A DNA stretch of 64,000 nucleotides. It comes from an uncultured Lachnospiraceae bacterium (GTDB lineage Bacteria; Bacillota; Clostridia; Lachnospirales; Lachnospiraceae). The position numbers were made by a program, and so were the translations under genes. The stretch is taken from positions 32,089 through 96,088 of the forward strand of contig CAMNCH010000001.1 of NCBI GenBank assembly GCA_946534145.1, read 5' to 3'. This document shows, one piece after another, positions 29,483 to 38,055 of the stretch (position 1 is the stretch's first letter; each line of letters starts with the position of its first letter). The notes beneath the pieces are model-generated. The model did no database searches, was not told where the DNA came from, and was given only the letters and a program-made list of their open reading frames with translations.

Positions 29483-30241
29483 ATGAACATTTTAAAAGTA
29501 GATGATTTAAAGAAAACATACGTAAGCCGCCTCGGCACCAACAGAGTGGATGCGCTCAAGGGCGTTTTCTTTTCCGTTGAGGAAGGCGAATACGTGGCTA
29601 TAATGGGTGAGTCCGGTTCCGGTAAGACCACACTTCTTAATATTCTTGCCGCACTCGACAAGCCCACCGGCGGTTCCGTATTCTTAAGAGGTAAAAACGT
29701 TGTGGATATCAAAGAAAGCGACATGGCGGTATTCAGACGGGACAATCTGGGATACGTGTTCCAGGACTTTAACCTTATAGATTCTTTTTCCATAAGAGAT
29801 AACATTTTCCTGCCCCTGGTACTGCGAGGTGAGAAGCACAAGGAAATGGAAGCGAAGCTTGCACCCATAGCCAAACAGCTCGGTATTTCGGAACTTCTTG
29901 ACAAATACCCTTACGAAGTATCCGGCGGGCAGAAGCAGAGAGCGGCAGTGGCAAGAGCACTTATTACCGACCCTCAGCTTCTTCTTGCGGATGAGCCTAC
30001 CGGTGCCCTTGATTCCAAGTCAACAGACGAACTTCTGGATGTATTTGAGACCATTAACAAGACTGGTCAGACCATTCTTATGGTTACTCACTCCACCAAG
30101 GCAGCAAGCCATGCGAAACGCGTTCTTTTTATTAAGGACGGTGTTGTGTTCCATGAACTTTACAGGGGAGAAAAGAACTTTGAGGAGATGTACAAGGCCA
30201 TTTCCGACACTCTGACCCTTCTTTCCCAGGGAGGTAAGTAA
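29483..30241 (+). CDS. ABC transporter ATP-binding protein, BceA-like
   Basis: GESGSGKTT, VSGGQKQR, LADEPTGALD, VTH; AGGAGG RBS. Confidence 0.94.
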   Translation: MNILKVDDLKKTYVSRLGTNRVDALKGVFFSVEEGEYVAIMGESGSGKTTLLNILAALDKPTGGSVFLRGKNVVDIKESDMAVFRRDNLGYVFQDFNLIDSFSIRDNIFLPLVLRGEKHKEMEAKLAPIAKQLGISELLDKYPYEVSGGQKQRAAVARALITDPQLLLADEPTGALDSKSTDELLDVFETINKTGQTILMVTHSTKAASHAKRVLFIKDGVVFHELYRGEKNFEEMYKAISDTLTLLSQGGK

Positions 30242-30242
30242 T

Positions 30243-32210
30243 ATGAGCGCAGGATTATTCACAAGACTTGCGGCAGACGGCATTAAGAAAAATAAGAAGC
30301 TCTACATACCCTACATTATTTCCCTTGCCGGAATGGTAGCCATTTCCTACGTGCTTTATTATCTTACGGAAGCTCCTGCCATTACGAGGATGAGAGGCGC
30401 TTCGGCCCTTTGGATGGTAATGTCCCTCGGTAAGGTGGTTATGGTGGTATTCAGCTGTCTGTTCCTTCTTTATACAAACTCGTTTCTTGCCAAAAGAAGA
30501 AACTTTGAGTTCGCCCTTTACAATATCTTAGGCATGAACAAAAGAAACGTTGTAAGAATCCTTCTCGGAGAAACCGTTATGGTGGGTTCCATGGGACTTA
30601 TCATCGGTTTTGCGGCAGGCATTCTTTTGTCAAAGCTTTTTGAACTGATTCTTGTAAAAATGTGCAATTATCCGGCAGATTACAGCTTTTATCTTTCGGT
30701 TAAGTCCATAATAATGCTTGTTGTCTTTTACGTTGCCATTATGCTGATTCTTTTTATATTCTCGGCAGGCAAGATTATCATCAATAAGCCTATCGAACTT
30801 TTAAGAAGCACGAACGCGGGAGAGAAGGAGCCAAAGACCAACATTTTGTTTGCCCTCGGTGGCATCGGACTTTTGGGAGGGGCTTATTATATGGCGGTTA
30901 CCATTGAAGACCCCCTTTCATCTTTAAACATTTTCTTTACCGCTGTACTCATGGTTATTGTCGGTACGTATTTGCTTTTCCAGGCAGGCAGTGTTTTCAT
31001 CTGTAAGCTCCTTAAGAAAAATAAAAAGTACTACTACGATCCCAGACATTTCGTGCCCGTATCAGGTATGATTTACCGTATGAAGAGAAACGGTGCGGGA
31101 CTTGCCACCATATGTATTCTCGCTACCATGGTTATGGTAATGCTTGGCTCCACGGGTTCTTTGTTCTTTGGCCTGAATTCGTCCATTGATAAGATGTATC
31201 CCTACGATATCAATATAAACTCCGTCGGAATCAGTAACTACGAAGAGTGGAAGAGTTTAAGCCCCGATATGCTTAATAAGGACATTCTTGAAGTGTTTGA
31301 TTATATAAAACCTGAGGATGTGCACTTCGAGCGTTATGAGAATTTTGTTGCTCTTAAAAACGAAAACGGTGCCGACTTTATGAAAGAAGACCAGAACATC
31401 CTGCCCGGGGACGTGGCCAACTATATGATGGTTGAAGTACAGTCTCTTGCCGATTACAATAAAAACACCGGCAGTAATCTTTCTTTGGAAGATGACGAAG
31501 TGTTTTTTCTGTCCGCCACTTCGAATTTTAAAAAGGATGTGCTGATATTAAGCGGTCTTGAGTATAAGGTTAAGGGCAAAGAAGAAGGATTTAACTTCGG
31601 TACGGACGTTGTAAACAGCTACAGAATCGTGGTTAAGGATATTGATAAGCTGGACAGGTATGCGGCAAGTGAAAACGCTCAGAAACATTTATACGCCACA
31701 TGGGGCTTTGATACCCGCAAGGACCAGGATGATGACATATCCAGAGCACATGCGTTGGAAGAGCGTATTCATGATGTATACATCAGATCCAAGGCAGAAG
31801 AAAGACTTGAAACCACCGATATGTATGCAAGCCTCTTACTTTTGGGAATATTCTTAAGCATAGTATTTATGGGTGCGTGCGCATTCATCATATACTTTAA
31901 GCAGCTTACCGAAGGCTATGAAGATGCCGGAGCCTACAAGACCATGAGAAGCGTGGGCATGACCAAAAAAGAAATCAAGAAGGGCATCAATTCCCAGACC
32001 CTTATCACTTTCTTTTCACCCTTGTTCATGGCGGCGGTTCACCTTGCTTTCTCGGCACCTTTGGTACACAAGCTTTTGATTATCTTAGGCTTATCCGATA
32101 TTCTGGTATTTACTTTGTCGTACATTATATGCTTTGCAGCCTTTGCTGTTTTTTACCTTTTTGTGTACAAAAAGACCGTAAAAGCATATGTTGAAATTGT
32201 TTCTGCTTAA
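30243..32210 (+). CDS. FtsX-like permease, BceB-like (peptide antibiotic resistance)
   Basis: LLYTNSFLAKRRNFEFALYNILGM, large extracellular domain, YFKQLTEG, QTLITFFSP. Confidence 0.92.
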   Translation: MSAGLFTRLAADGIKKNKKLYIPYIISLAGMVAISYVLYYLTEAPAITRMRGASALWMVMSLGKVVMVVFSCLFLLYTNSFLAKRRNFEFALYNILGMNKRNVVRILLGETVMVGSMGLIIGFAAGILLSKLFELILVKMCNYPADYSFYLSVKSIIMLVVFYVAIMLILFIFSAGKIIINKPIELLRSTNAGEKEPKTNILFALGGIGLLGGAYYMAVTIEDPLSSLNIFFTAVLMVIVGTYLLFQAGSVFICKLLKKNKKYYYDPRHFVPVSGMIYRMKRNGAGLATICILATMVMVMLGSTGSLFFGLNSSIDKMYPYDININSVGISNYEEWKSLSPDMLNKDILEVFDYIKPEDVHFERYENFVALKNENGADFMKEDQNILPGDVANYMMVEVQSLADYNKNTGSNLSLEDDEVFFLSATSNFKKDVLILSGLEYKVKGKEEGFNFGTDVVNSYRIVVKDIDKLDRYAASENAQKHLYATWGFDTRKDQDDDISRAHALEERIHDVYIRSKAEERLETTDMYASLLLLGIFLSIVFMGACAFIIYFKQLTEGYEDAGAYKTMRSVGMTKKEIKKGINSQTLITFFSPLFMAAVHLAFSAPLVHKLLIILGLSDILVFTLSYIICFAAFAVFYLFVYKKTVKAYVEIVSA

Positions 32211-32225
32211 ACTTTAAAAAAGTAC

Positions 32226-32254
32226 TTGCAATTTCTCTTAACATACGATAATAT
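32226..32254 (+). promoter_or_regulatory. Promoter of tRNA-Glu
   Basis: TTGCAA (32226-31), 17 bp, TAATAT (32249-54). Confidence 0.6.
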
Positions 32255-32285
32255 ATACAAGTGCTCGCGAGAGCACTTGTAACAT

Positions 32286-32357
32286 GGCTGATTGGTCAAG
32301 CGGTTAAGACGCCGCCCTCTCACGGCGGAAACAGGGGTTCGATTCCCCTATCAGCTG
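32286..32357 (+). tRNA. tRNA-Glu (anticodon CTC), CCA not encoded
   Basis: Acceptor GGCTGAT/ATCAGCT, D arm GTCAAGCGGTTAAGAC, anticodon arm CCGCC-CT-CTC-AC-GGCGG, T arm AGGGG-TTCGATT-CCCCT. Confidence 0.96.
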
Positions 32358-32360
32358 CGG

Positions 32361-32389
32361 ACTCCCGAAGTTTTTTCGGGAGTTTTTTT
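32361..32389 (+). terminator. Intrinsic terminator after the tRNA
   Basis: ACTCCCGAA-GTTTT-TTCGGGAGT then a T-run. Confidence 0.85.
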
Positions 32390-32479
32390 ATTTGTATTTT
32401 TTTTGATTTAATAGTGTGATAAAATATATTTGTGTGTGGAATTTGTATACACATATACAGATTTTCAAAGGAGAATATT

Positions 32480-33031
32480 ATGAAACGGTTTTCTGTTAAG
32501 ACTGTCGTTGCCATCGGCATCGGCGCAGCATTGTTCTTTGTACTGGGACGTTTTGTATCCATTCCCAGCGGTATTCCGGATACGAACATTTCAATACAGT
32601 ACGGCGTACTTGCTTTTATTGCCGCTGTGTTTGGTCCCATTGCCGGATTCCTTGCGGGAATCATCGGACACTTCTTTATCGACTTTAGCTTTGGCTGGGG
32701 TGTCTGGTGGAGCTGGGTTATCGCATCCTCAATTTTTGGATGCATCATGGGCCTTGCCACTATGAAGATTGATATAGACAACGGCGAGTTTGCGTTAAAA
32801 GAAATCATTATTTTCAATGTTTCCCAGATTGTCGCACATCTTATTTCATGGGTAGGCGTTGCACCCGCACTTGATATTCTTTTCTACAAAGAGCCTGCCA
32901 ATAAGGTATTTATTCAGGGTCTTACAAGCGCCGGCATCAATATCCTTGCCACCGCCGTTGTGGGAACCTTACTGTGTGTTGCATACGCAGCCGCAAGACC
33001 CAAGAAAGACAGCTTAAAAGAAGAGCAGTAA
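32480..33031 (+). CDS. ECF transporter S component, UPF0397 family
   Basis: KTVVAIGIGAALF, IPSGIPDTNI, FGPIAG...GH...D, WWSW. AAGGAG RBS before ATG 32480; extended -10 TGATAAAAT at 32417-25. Confidence 0.88.
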   Translation: MKRFSVKTVVAIGIGAALFFVLGRFVSIPSGIPDTNISIQYGVLAFIAAVFGPIAGFLAGIIGHFFIDFSFGWGVWWSWVIASSIFGCIMGLATMKIDIDNGEFALKEIIIFNVSQIVAHLISWVGVAPALDILFYKEPANKVFIQGLTSAGINILATAVVGTLLCVAYAAARPKKDSLKEEQ

Positions 33032-33038
33032 TACATCC

Positions 33039-33067
33039 TGCGGCGGGTTTACCCCCGCCGCATTTTT
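33039..33067 (+). terminator. Intra-operon terminator-like hairpin after the S component
   Basis: TGCGGCGGG-N6-CCCGCCGCA followed by TTTTT. Confidence 0.72.
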
Positions 33068-33084
33068 AAAGGAGATCCTTTCTT

Positions 33085-34791
33085 TTGGACACCATACTGA
33101 AATTTGAAAATTTCGGCTTTAAATATGATGCGCAGACCTCACCCACTCTTTACGATATTAACTTTTCGGTTAAAAAAGGTGAGAAGGTGCTTATAGCAGG
33201 ACCTTCCGGATGCGGTAAATCCACACTTGTACACTGTATAAACGGGCTTGTTCCTTTCTCCTACAAGGGAAAGATAACAGGGTCGCTTTCTTTGTTTGGA
33301 CGTGAGACCAGAGATATGAGCCTTTTTGAAATCTCCAAACATGTGGGCACCGTTTTGCAGGATTCCGATGCTCAGTTCGTGGGACTTACCGTTGCGGAAG
33401 ATATTGCTTTTGCCCTTGAAAACGACTGCGTGGGTGAGCCCGAGCTTCATGACAGGGTCATGGACGTGGCCAAACTTGTGAATATAGATGAGTTTATGGG
33501 GCACGCTCCCACGGAACTTTCCGGAGGTCAGAAACAGAGGGTTTCCCTCGGCGGCGTATTGGTGGATGATGTGGAGCTTCTAATCTTTGACGAGCCCCTT
33601 GCCAATCTCGACCCCGCCACAGGCAAACAGGCCATTGAGCTTATTGACGAACTGCAAAAGAAAACCGGCGTTGCAGTCATAATCGTTGAACACAGAGTCG
33701 AGGACGTTCTTCACAGAAGTGTGGACAGAATGATACTCATGGACAAAGGCCGTATCGTGGCCGATGCTACGCCCGACGAACTCTTAAGCACCAATGCTCT
33801 TATAGAGAAGGGTGTACGTGAGCCCTTGTATCTTTCCGCCATGAAATATGCAGGCATCGAGGTAACCCCGTCGCTGAGACCCGGCAGTATCGATACAGTG
33901 GTAATCGGTGAAGCCGAAGCCGGCAAACTTCGTGATTGGTACGAGCATGCGCCTGCAGACAGAAAGCCTGCGGAGGCGGAAGATATACTGGATGTGAGGC
34001 ATCTTTCTTTTTCCTATGACGGCACGAGAAAAGCTCTTAACGATATTTCTATAAAGATTAAATCGGGAGAGATGCTTGCCATAGTGGGCACCAACGGCGC
34101 CGGCAAGTCCACATTCTCCAAGGTTTTGTGCGGATTTGAGCATGAAGATGACGGGGAGATTTTCTTTGAAGGCGGAGACTTTAAAGGCTTCTCCATTAAG
34201 GAGCGCGCCGACCGAATCGGCTATGTGATGCAGAACCCCAATCAGATGATTTCCAAGATAATGATTTTTGATGAGGTGGCCCTGGGACTTCGCTCAAGAG
34301 GCGTGTCCGAGGAAGACATTAAGACCCGTGTGGAAGATACTCTTAAAATCTGCGGCCTCTGGCCCTTCAGAAACTGGCCGGTATCGGCCCTCAGTTACGG
34401 TCAGAAAAAGCGTGTGACCATAGCAGCCATTATGGTGCTGGAACCCAAGGTTATTATTCTTGACGAGCCTACAGCCGGTCAGGACTACCGCCATTATACG
34501 GAGATTATGGAGTTTCTCACGGAACTTAACAAGCGGGGCATAACCGTCATCATGATTACCCATGATATGCATCTGATGCTTGAATATGCGGACAGGGCGG
34601 TTGCTTTTTCCGAGGGCAGAATCATTAAGGATGCAGACTCCGCGGCCATTCTTACGGACTCCGGTATTATTGAACGGGCAAGCCTCAAGGAAACCTCTCT
34701 TTATGAACTGTGCAAAAAGGCGGGCATTCCCGACGGCACAGACTTCGTGAGAAGATTTATTGCCTATGAAAGAGAGGTGGTAAGACAGTGA
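33085..34791 (+). CDS. ECF transporter fused double ATPase (A-A')
   Basis: GPSGCGKST and GTNGAGKST, LSGGQKQR and LSYGQKKR, FDEPLANLD. TTG start after AAGGAG. Confidence 0.92.
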   Translation: MDTILKFENFGFKYDAQTSPTLYDINFSVKKGEKVLIAGPSGCGKSTLVHCINGLVPFSYKGKITGSLSLFGRETRDMSLFEISKHVGTVLQDSDAQFVGLTVAEDIAFALENDCVGEPELHDRVMDVAKLVNIDEFMGHAPTELSGGQKQRVSLGGVLVDDVELLIFDEPLANLDPATGKQAIELIDELQKKTGVAVIIVEHRVEDVLHRSVDRMILMDKGRIVADATPDELLSTNALIEKGVREPLYLSAMKYAGIEVTPSLRPGSIDTVVIGEAEAGKLRDWYEHAPADRKPAEAEDILDVRHLSFSYDGTRKALNDISIKIKSGEMLAIVGTNGAGKSTFSKVLCGFEHEDDGEIFFEGGDFKGFSIKERADRIGYVMQNPNQMISKIMIFDEVALGLRSRGVSEEDIKTRVEDTLKICGLWPFRNWPVSALSYGQKKRVTIAAIMVLEPKVIILDEPTAGQDYRHYTEIMEFLTELNKRGITVIMITHDMHLMLEYADRAVAFSEGRIIKDADSAAILTDSGIIERASLKETSLYELCKKAGIPDGTDFVRRFIAYEREVVRQ

Positions 34792-35615
34792 ACAACCTCT
34801 TTAACTATATAGACAAGGAATCTCCGGTTCACAGACTGACGGGAGCCACCAAATTTGTGTGCCTGCTTCTGTGGAACTTTGCGGCAATGTATACCTACGA
34901 CACCAGATATCTGTGTGTCATGGCGGTGTTAAGCTTTGTGCTGTTTGCGGTATCGAAGATTAAGTTAAAAGAAGTATCCTTTATGCTTGGATTTACCGCC
35001 GTATTCGTGCTCATCAACAATGTTTTGGTGTATGTTTTTTCGCCCCAACACGGCACCGAAATATACGGAACCTGTACCTATCTGTTCGGGCTTTCCGGCA
35101 AGTACGCGCCCACGGCGGAGCAGCTTTTTTATCACTTGAATTATTTCCTTAAGTATCTGGCATCCATACCGTCGGTTATTTTGTTTGTCAGCACCACCAA
35201 TCCCAGCGAATTTGCGGCTTCCCTCAATAAACTGGGTGTGAAATATACTGTGGCTTATTCCGTGGCTCTTGCCTTAAGATACATTCCGGATGTGCAAAAA
35301 GAATACGACGAAATATCCAAGGCTCAGCAGGCCCGCGGCATCGAAATGAGCAAAAAAGCACCTCTTATGAAAAGAATAAAGAGTGCTGCATCTATTTTGA
35401 TTCCGCTGATTCTCTCCAGTATGGACAGGGTAGAGATAGTCTCAAATGCCATGGAACTGCGTTCTTTTGGCAAAAACAAAAAGCGTACCTGGTACATGGG
35501 CAGACCCTTTAAGTGGACTGATATTGCGGCTATGATTTTTTGTGCTTTCCTTGTAATAGTTGCGGTCTTTTTAAATTTTAAAAATAATGGCAGATTTTTT
35601 AACCCATTTATTTAG
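34788..35615 (+). CDS. ECF transporter T component
   Basis: LALRYIPDV...I..AQQARG, LIPL, MELRSF. GTGA overlap. Confidence 0.92.
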   Translation: MNNLFNYIDKESPVHRLTGATKFVCLLLWNFAAMYTYDTRYLCVMAVLSFVLFAVSKIKLKEVSFMLGFTAVFVLINNVLVYVFSPQHGTEIYGTCTYLFGLSGKYAPTAEQLFYHLNYFLKYLASIPSVILFVSTTNPSEFAASLNKLGVKYTVAYSVALALRYIPDVQKEYDEISKAQQARGIEMSKKAPLMKRIKSAASILIPLILSSMDRVEIVSNAMELRSFGKNKKRTWYMGRPFKWTDIAAMIFCAFLVIVAVFLNFKNNGRFFNPFI

Positions 35616-35698
35616 TGGCTGTGCTATACTGAAGATACAAGTTGTAGTATTTCTTTTGGGGAAAAGGGATAACTTAATATTCGGAGGGGCGATTCATA

Positions 35699-35848
35699 AT
35701 GAAAGAACAGGACGTCAGAGCGGTTGAGTCACTTTGCAGATGCGGTATGGATTTGGAAGCTATACTTAAATGCTTTCCGAAGTTCCCCCGCACAGAGATT
35801 GAGAAGATTTATCTTAAGATCAGAAGACTTACATCTGCGTCAGCCTAA
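35699..35848 (+). CDS. Small 49-aa ORF missing from the ORF track (MKEQDVRAVESLCRCGMDLEAILKCFPKFPRTEIEKIYLKIRRLTSASA)
   Basis: GGAGGGG RBS, upstream TGCTATACT extended -10 (35622-30), stop 8 bp before the next gene. Confidence 0.7.
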   Translation: MKEQDVRAVESLCRCGMDLEAILKCFPKFPRTEIEKIYLKIRRLTSASA

Positions 35849-35856
35849 CAGTATTT

Positions 35857-36327
35857 ATGTTTAAAAGTATTGACGAAATCCATAAGTTCTCCTATGAAGA
35901 CTGTGTCCTTACGGGCATGGAATGGGCAGAAGACGGCCTTTTATTTGAGGTTGAAGCCCTCATAGTAAAAGAGAACAATTCACAGAATTCCAACTTTACA
36001 GAAAGCTACGCCGGACCTGCCGTCATCAAGCTTGTCGACGGTCGCATAACAGATGTTATCAAAACCGGCTTTAAGTATTACGACGCCGACGGACAGCTGT
36101 TAAAGACCGTTCCGGACGAAGCCGAAAGCCCCCTTGTGTGGGAATCCCTCTTTAAGACATTCCCCGGCAATTACCTTCCTTCTTTGGAGGCTGTTGACGG
36201 CGGCTACATCATAGAAATAGAAATGTCCGAAGAAGACGGCACCCAGGGCAACAGCTACCTCTTAAAACTTGAAGCCTCAAGCGTCATCGTCACCTGGGAC
36301 AAATATTTAAACCGCGTAGGAAGATAA
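35857..36327 (+). CDS. Acidic hypothetical protein, 156 aa
   Basis: Clean ORF with protein-like composition, followed by a terminator; no motif I can assign. Confidence 0.8.
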   Translation: MFKSIDEIHKFSYEDCVLTGMEWAEDGLLFEVEALIVKENNSQNSNFTESYAGPAVIKLVDGRITDVIKTGFKYYDADGQLLKTVPDEAESPLVWESLFKTFPGNYLPSLEAVDGGYIIEIEMSEEDGTQGNSYLLKLEASSVIVTWDKYLNRVGR

Positions 36328-36345
36328 CTTAATACAGTTTATATG

Positions 36346-36370
36346 AGGATGCAGAAATGCATCCTTTTTT
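36346..36370 (+). terminator. Intrinsic terminator
   Basis: AGGATGCA-GAAA-TGCATCCT followed by TTTTT. Confidence 0.85.
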
Positions 36371-36398
36371 GTTGGTTATCATTGTATTTAGTCAGGGA

Positions 36399-36538
36399 GA
36401 CAAAGGGCTTAAAACATACTTTGCGGACCTTTTCGACTCGTCGGCACTTAGCGGGTGTCCCTCAAGCCGCTTACGTGTCCGTTACGACAAAGAACAGAGT
36501 GCGAACGTGTCCGGGAAGTATGTTTTAAGCCCTTTGTC
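36399..36538. repeat. 140-bp palindromic element with perfect 23-bp terminal inverted repeats (MITE/REPIN-like)
   Basis: GACAAAGGGCTTAAAACATACTT (36399-421) and its exact reverse complement (36516-538); the interior also pairs into one long bulged rod. Confidence 0.8.
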
Positions 36539-36560
36539 GGTTTTGGGGAACTAGGCAAAC

Positions 36561-36614
36561 TTCACATTTTTTACTTTTCCCGTACACAATTTGAACACAT
36601 TTACCCTGTAATCT
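36561..36614 (+). promoter_or_regulatory. 11-bp-phased direct repeats (OmpR/PhoB-type site) and -10 upstream of the VTC operon
   Basis: TTCACA 36561, TACACA 36583, AACACA 36594; TAATCT at 36609-14; no good -35. Confidence 0.6.
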
Positions 36615-36638
36615 AAAGCCATACAAAGGAGAAACCAC

Positions 36639-37409
36639 ATGGCAGGAAACATTTTTGAACGGGTGGAAATCAAATACTTACTGACTAAAGAACAGTATGA
36701 TGCTTTGAACATTAAACTTGAGCCTTACATGCAGGTTGATGAATACGGGCTTAACACTATATCAAGCATCTATTACGACACCAAACATTACGATGTAATA
36801 AGAACTTCCATGGAGAAGCCGGCGTACAAAGAAAAACTGAGGTTAAGAGCCTACGGAAGCATTAAGGACACTTCCACGGTGTATCTGGAATTAAAGAAAA
36901 AATACGACGGAATCGTATACAAAAGAAGAGTGGCGCTGCCCATAAAAGTTGCGGCGGACTATCTTGAGAAGGGAATTTACCCCAAGGATTACGATTCACA
37001 GATACTAAGGGAAATCGACTACTTTATAAAACTTAACCGTCCGTCCACTGGCACACTGATAGCCTGTGAAAGAGTGGCGATGTTCGGAAAAGAAGACAAG
37101 GAATTGAGGATTACTTTTGACAGTAACATAAGAACTTCTTTTGACAAGACCAATCTGCAGACGGAAAAAGAAGAGAAGCCGGTGATTGACAAAAACCGGT
37201 ACCTGATGGAGATAAAGGTACCGGGAACCATGCCGCTCTGGCTTACGGCAGCGTTAAATGAACTTAAGATATATCCCCATTCTTTCTCAAAATACGGGGA
37301 AGCGATGACGATTTATTCGAAACAGGGTATGCGGGGAGTTTCTGAGATTAAGGAGGAAAAAACACATGCTCACAAGTATACTGGAAAATTCAACTACAAC
37401 TACTCTTAG
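36639..37409 (+). CDS. VTC (polyphosphate polymerase, CYTH-like tunnel) domain protein
   Basis: FERVEIKYLL, ISSIYYDT, KEKLRLRAYG, YLELKKK...VYKRR, RITFD, LMEIK, FSKY. Confidence 0.9.
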   Translation: MAGNIFERVEIKYLLTKEQYDALNIKLEPYMQVDEYGLNTISSIYYDTKHYDVIRTSMEKPAYKEKLRLRAYGSIKDTSTVYLELKKKYDGIVYKRRVALPIKVAADYLEKGIYPKDYDSQILREIDYFIKLNRPSTGTLIACERVAMFGKEDKELRITFDSNIRTSFDKTNLQTEKEEKPVIDKNRYLMEIKVPGTMPLWLTAALNELKIYPHSFSKYGEAMTIYSKQGMRGVSEIKEEKTHAHKYTGKFNYNYS

Positions 37410-38046
37410 TTACGGACAAATGGCGGCCTGCACCGCGGTTTCTTTGGTGATAGGGCTTGTAATAGCACTTTGCTATATTTATTGCAGCGAGAAGCATTCA
37501 AAAAGCTTTGTAATTACCCTTGCGGCTCTGCCGGTTTTAGTACAGGCGGTTATCATGATGGTAAACGGAAACCTGGGAACGGGAGTAGCCATTATGGGAG
37601 CCTTCAGCCTTATCAGGTTCAGAAGCGTGGCGGGAAGCGCAAGAGAAATCGGAGCCGTTTTCTTTGCCATGACTGTGGGGCTGGCAACAGGCATGGGCTA
37701 TATTGGATTTGCGGTTATTGTTACGGCCGTTGTGGCGATTTTGTTTATTATTCTTTCCAAGATCGGCTTCGGAGAGAGCAAAGCGGCGGACAAGCACTTA
37801 AAGATAACCATTCCCGAAAATTTAAATTACAGCGGTCTTTTTGACGACCTTTTCTCGGAGTATTTAAGCGAAGTAATTTTGGAGAAGGTTAAGACCACCA
37901 ACCTGGGTTCCATGTTTGAGGTGTCTTACCTTGTGAAATTTAAAAATGATAATACCGAGAAAGACTTTATCGACGCGGTAAGAGTCAGAAACGGAAATCT
38001 TCCCATAGTATGTGCAAAAGTATCGGCGGGAGCCGAAGAGTTATAG
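37366..38046 (+). CDS. DUF4956-family membrane protein
   Basis: VIMMVNGNLGTGVAIMGAFSLIRFRSVAGSAREI, AVGLATGMG, C-terminal VKTTNLGS...Y; AAGGAGG RBS. Confidence 0.9.
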   Translation: MLTSILENSTTTTLSYGQMAACTAVSLVIGLVIALCYIYCSEKHSKSFVITLAALPVLVQAVIMMVNGNLGTGVAIMGAFSLIRFRSVAGSAREIGAVFFAMTVGLATGMGYIGFAVIVTAVVAILFIILSKIGFGESKAADKHLKITIPENLNYSGLFDDLFSEYLSEVILEKVKTTNLGSMFEVSYLVKFKNDNTEKDFIDAVRVRNGNLPIVCAKVSAGAEEL

Positions 38047-38055
38047 GAGGTGCCT

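Noticed and set aside
32480-33031. Calling the S component a riboflavin transporter that compensates for the truncated ribF
   Set aside because: The family label is not substrate evidence, there is no FMN riboswitch, and riboflavin import would not replace the missing kinase.
36399-36538. 6S RNA or CRISPR repeat
   Set aside because: Shorter than typical 6S with a perfect closing stem and no clear central bubble or own promoter; only one inverted pair, so no repeat-spacer array.
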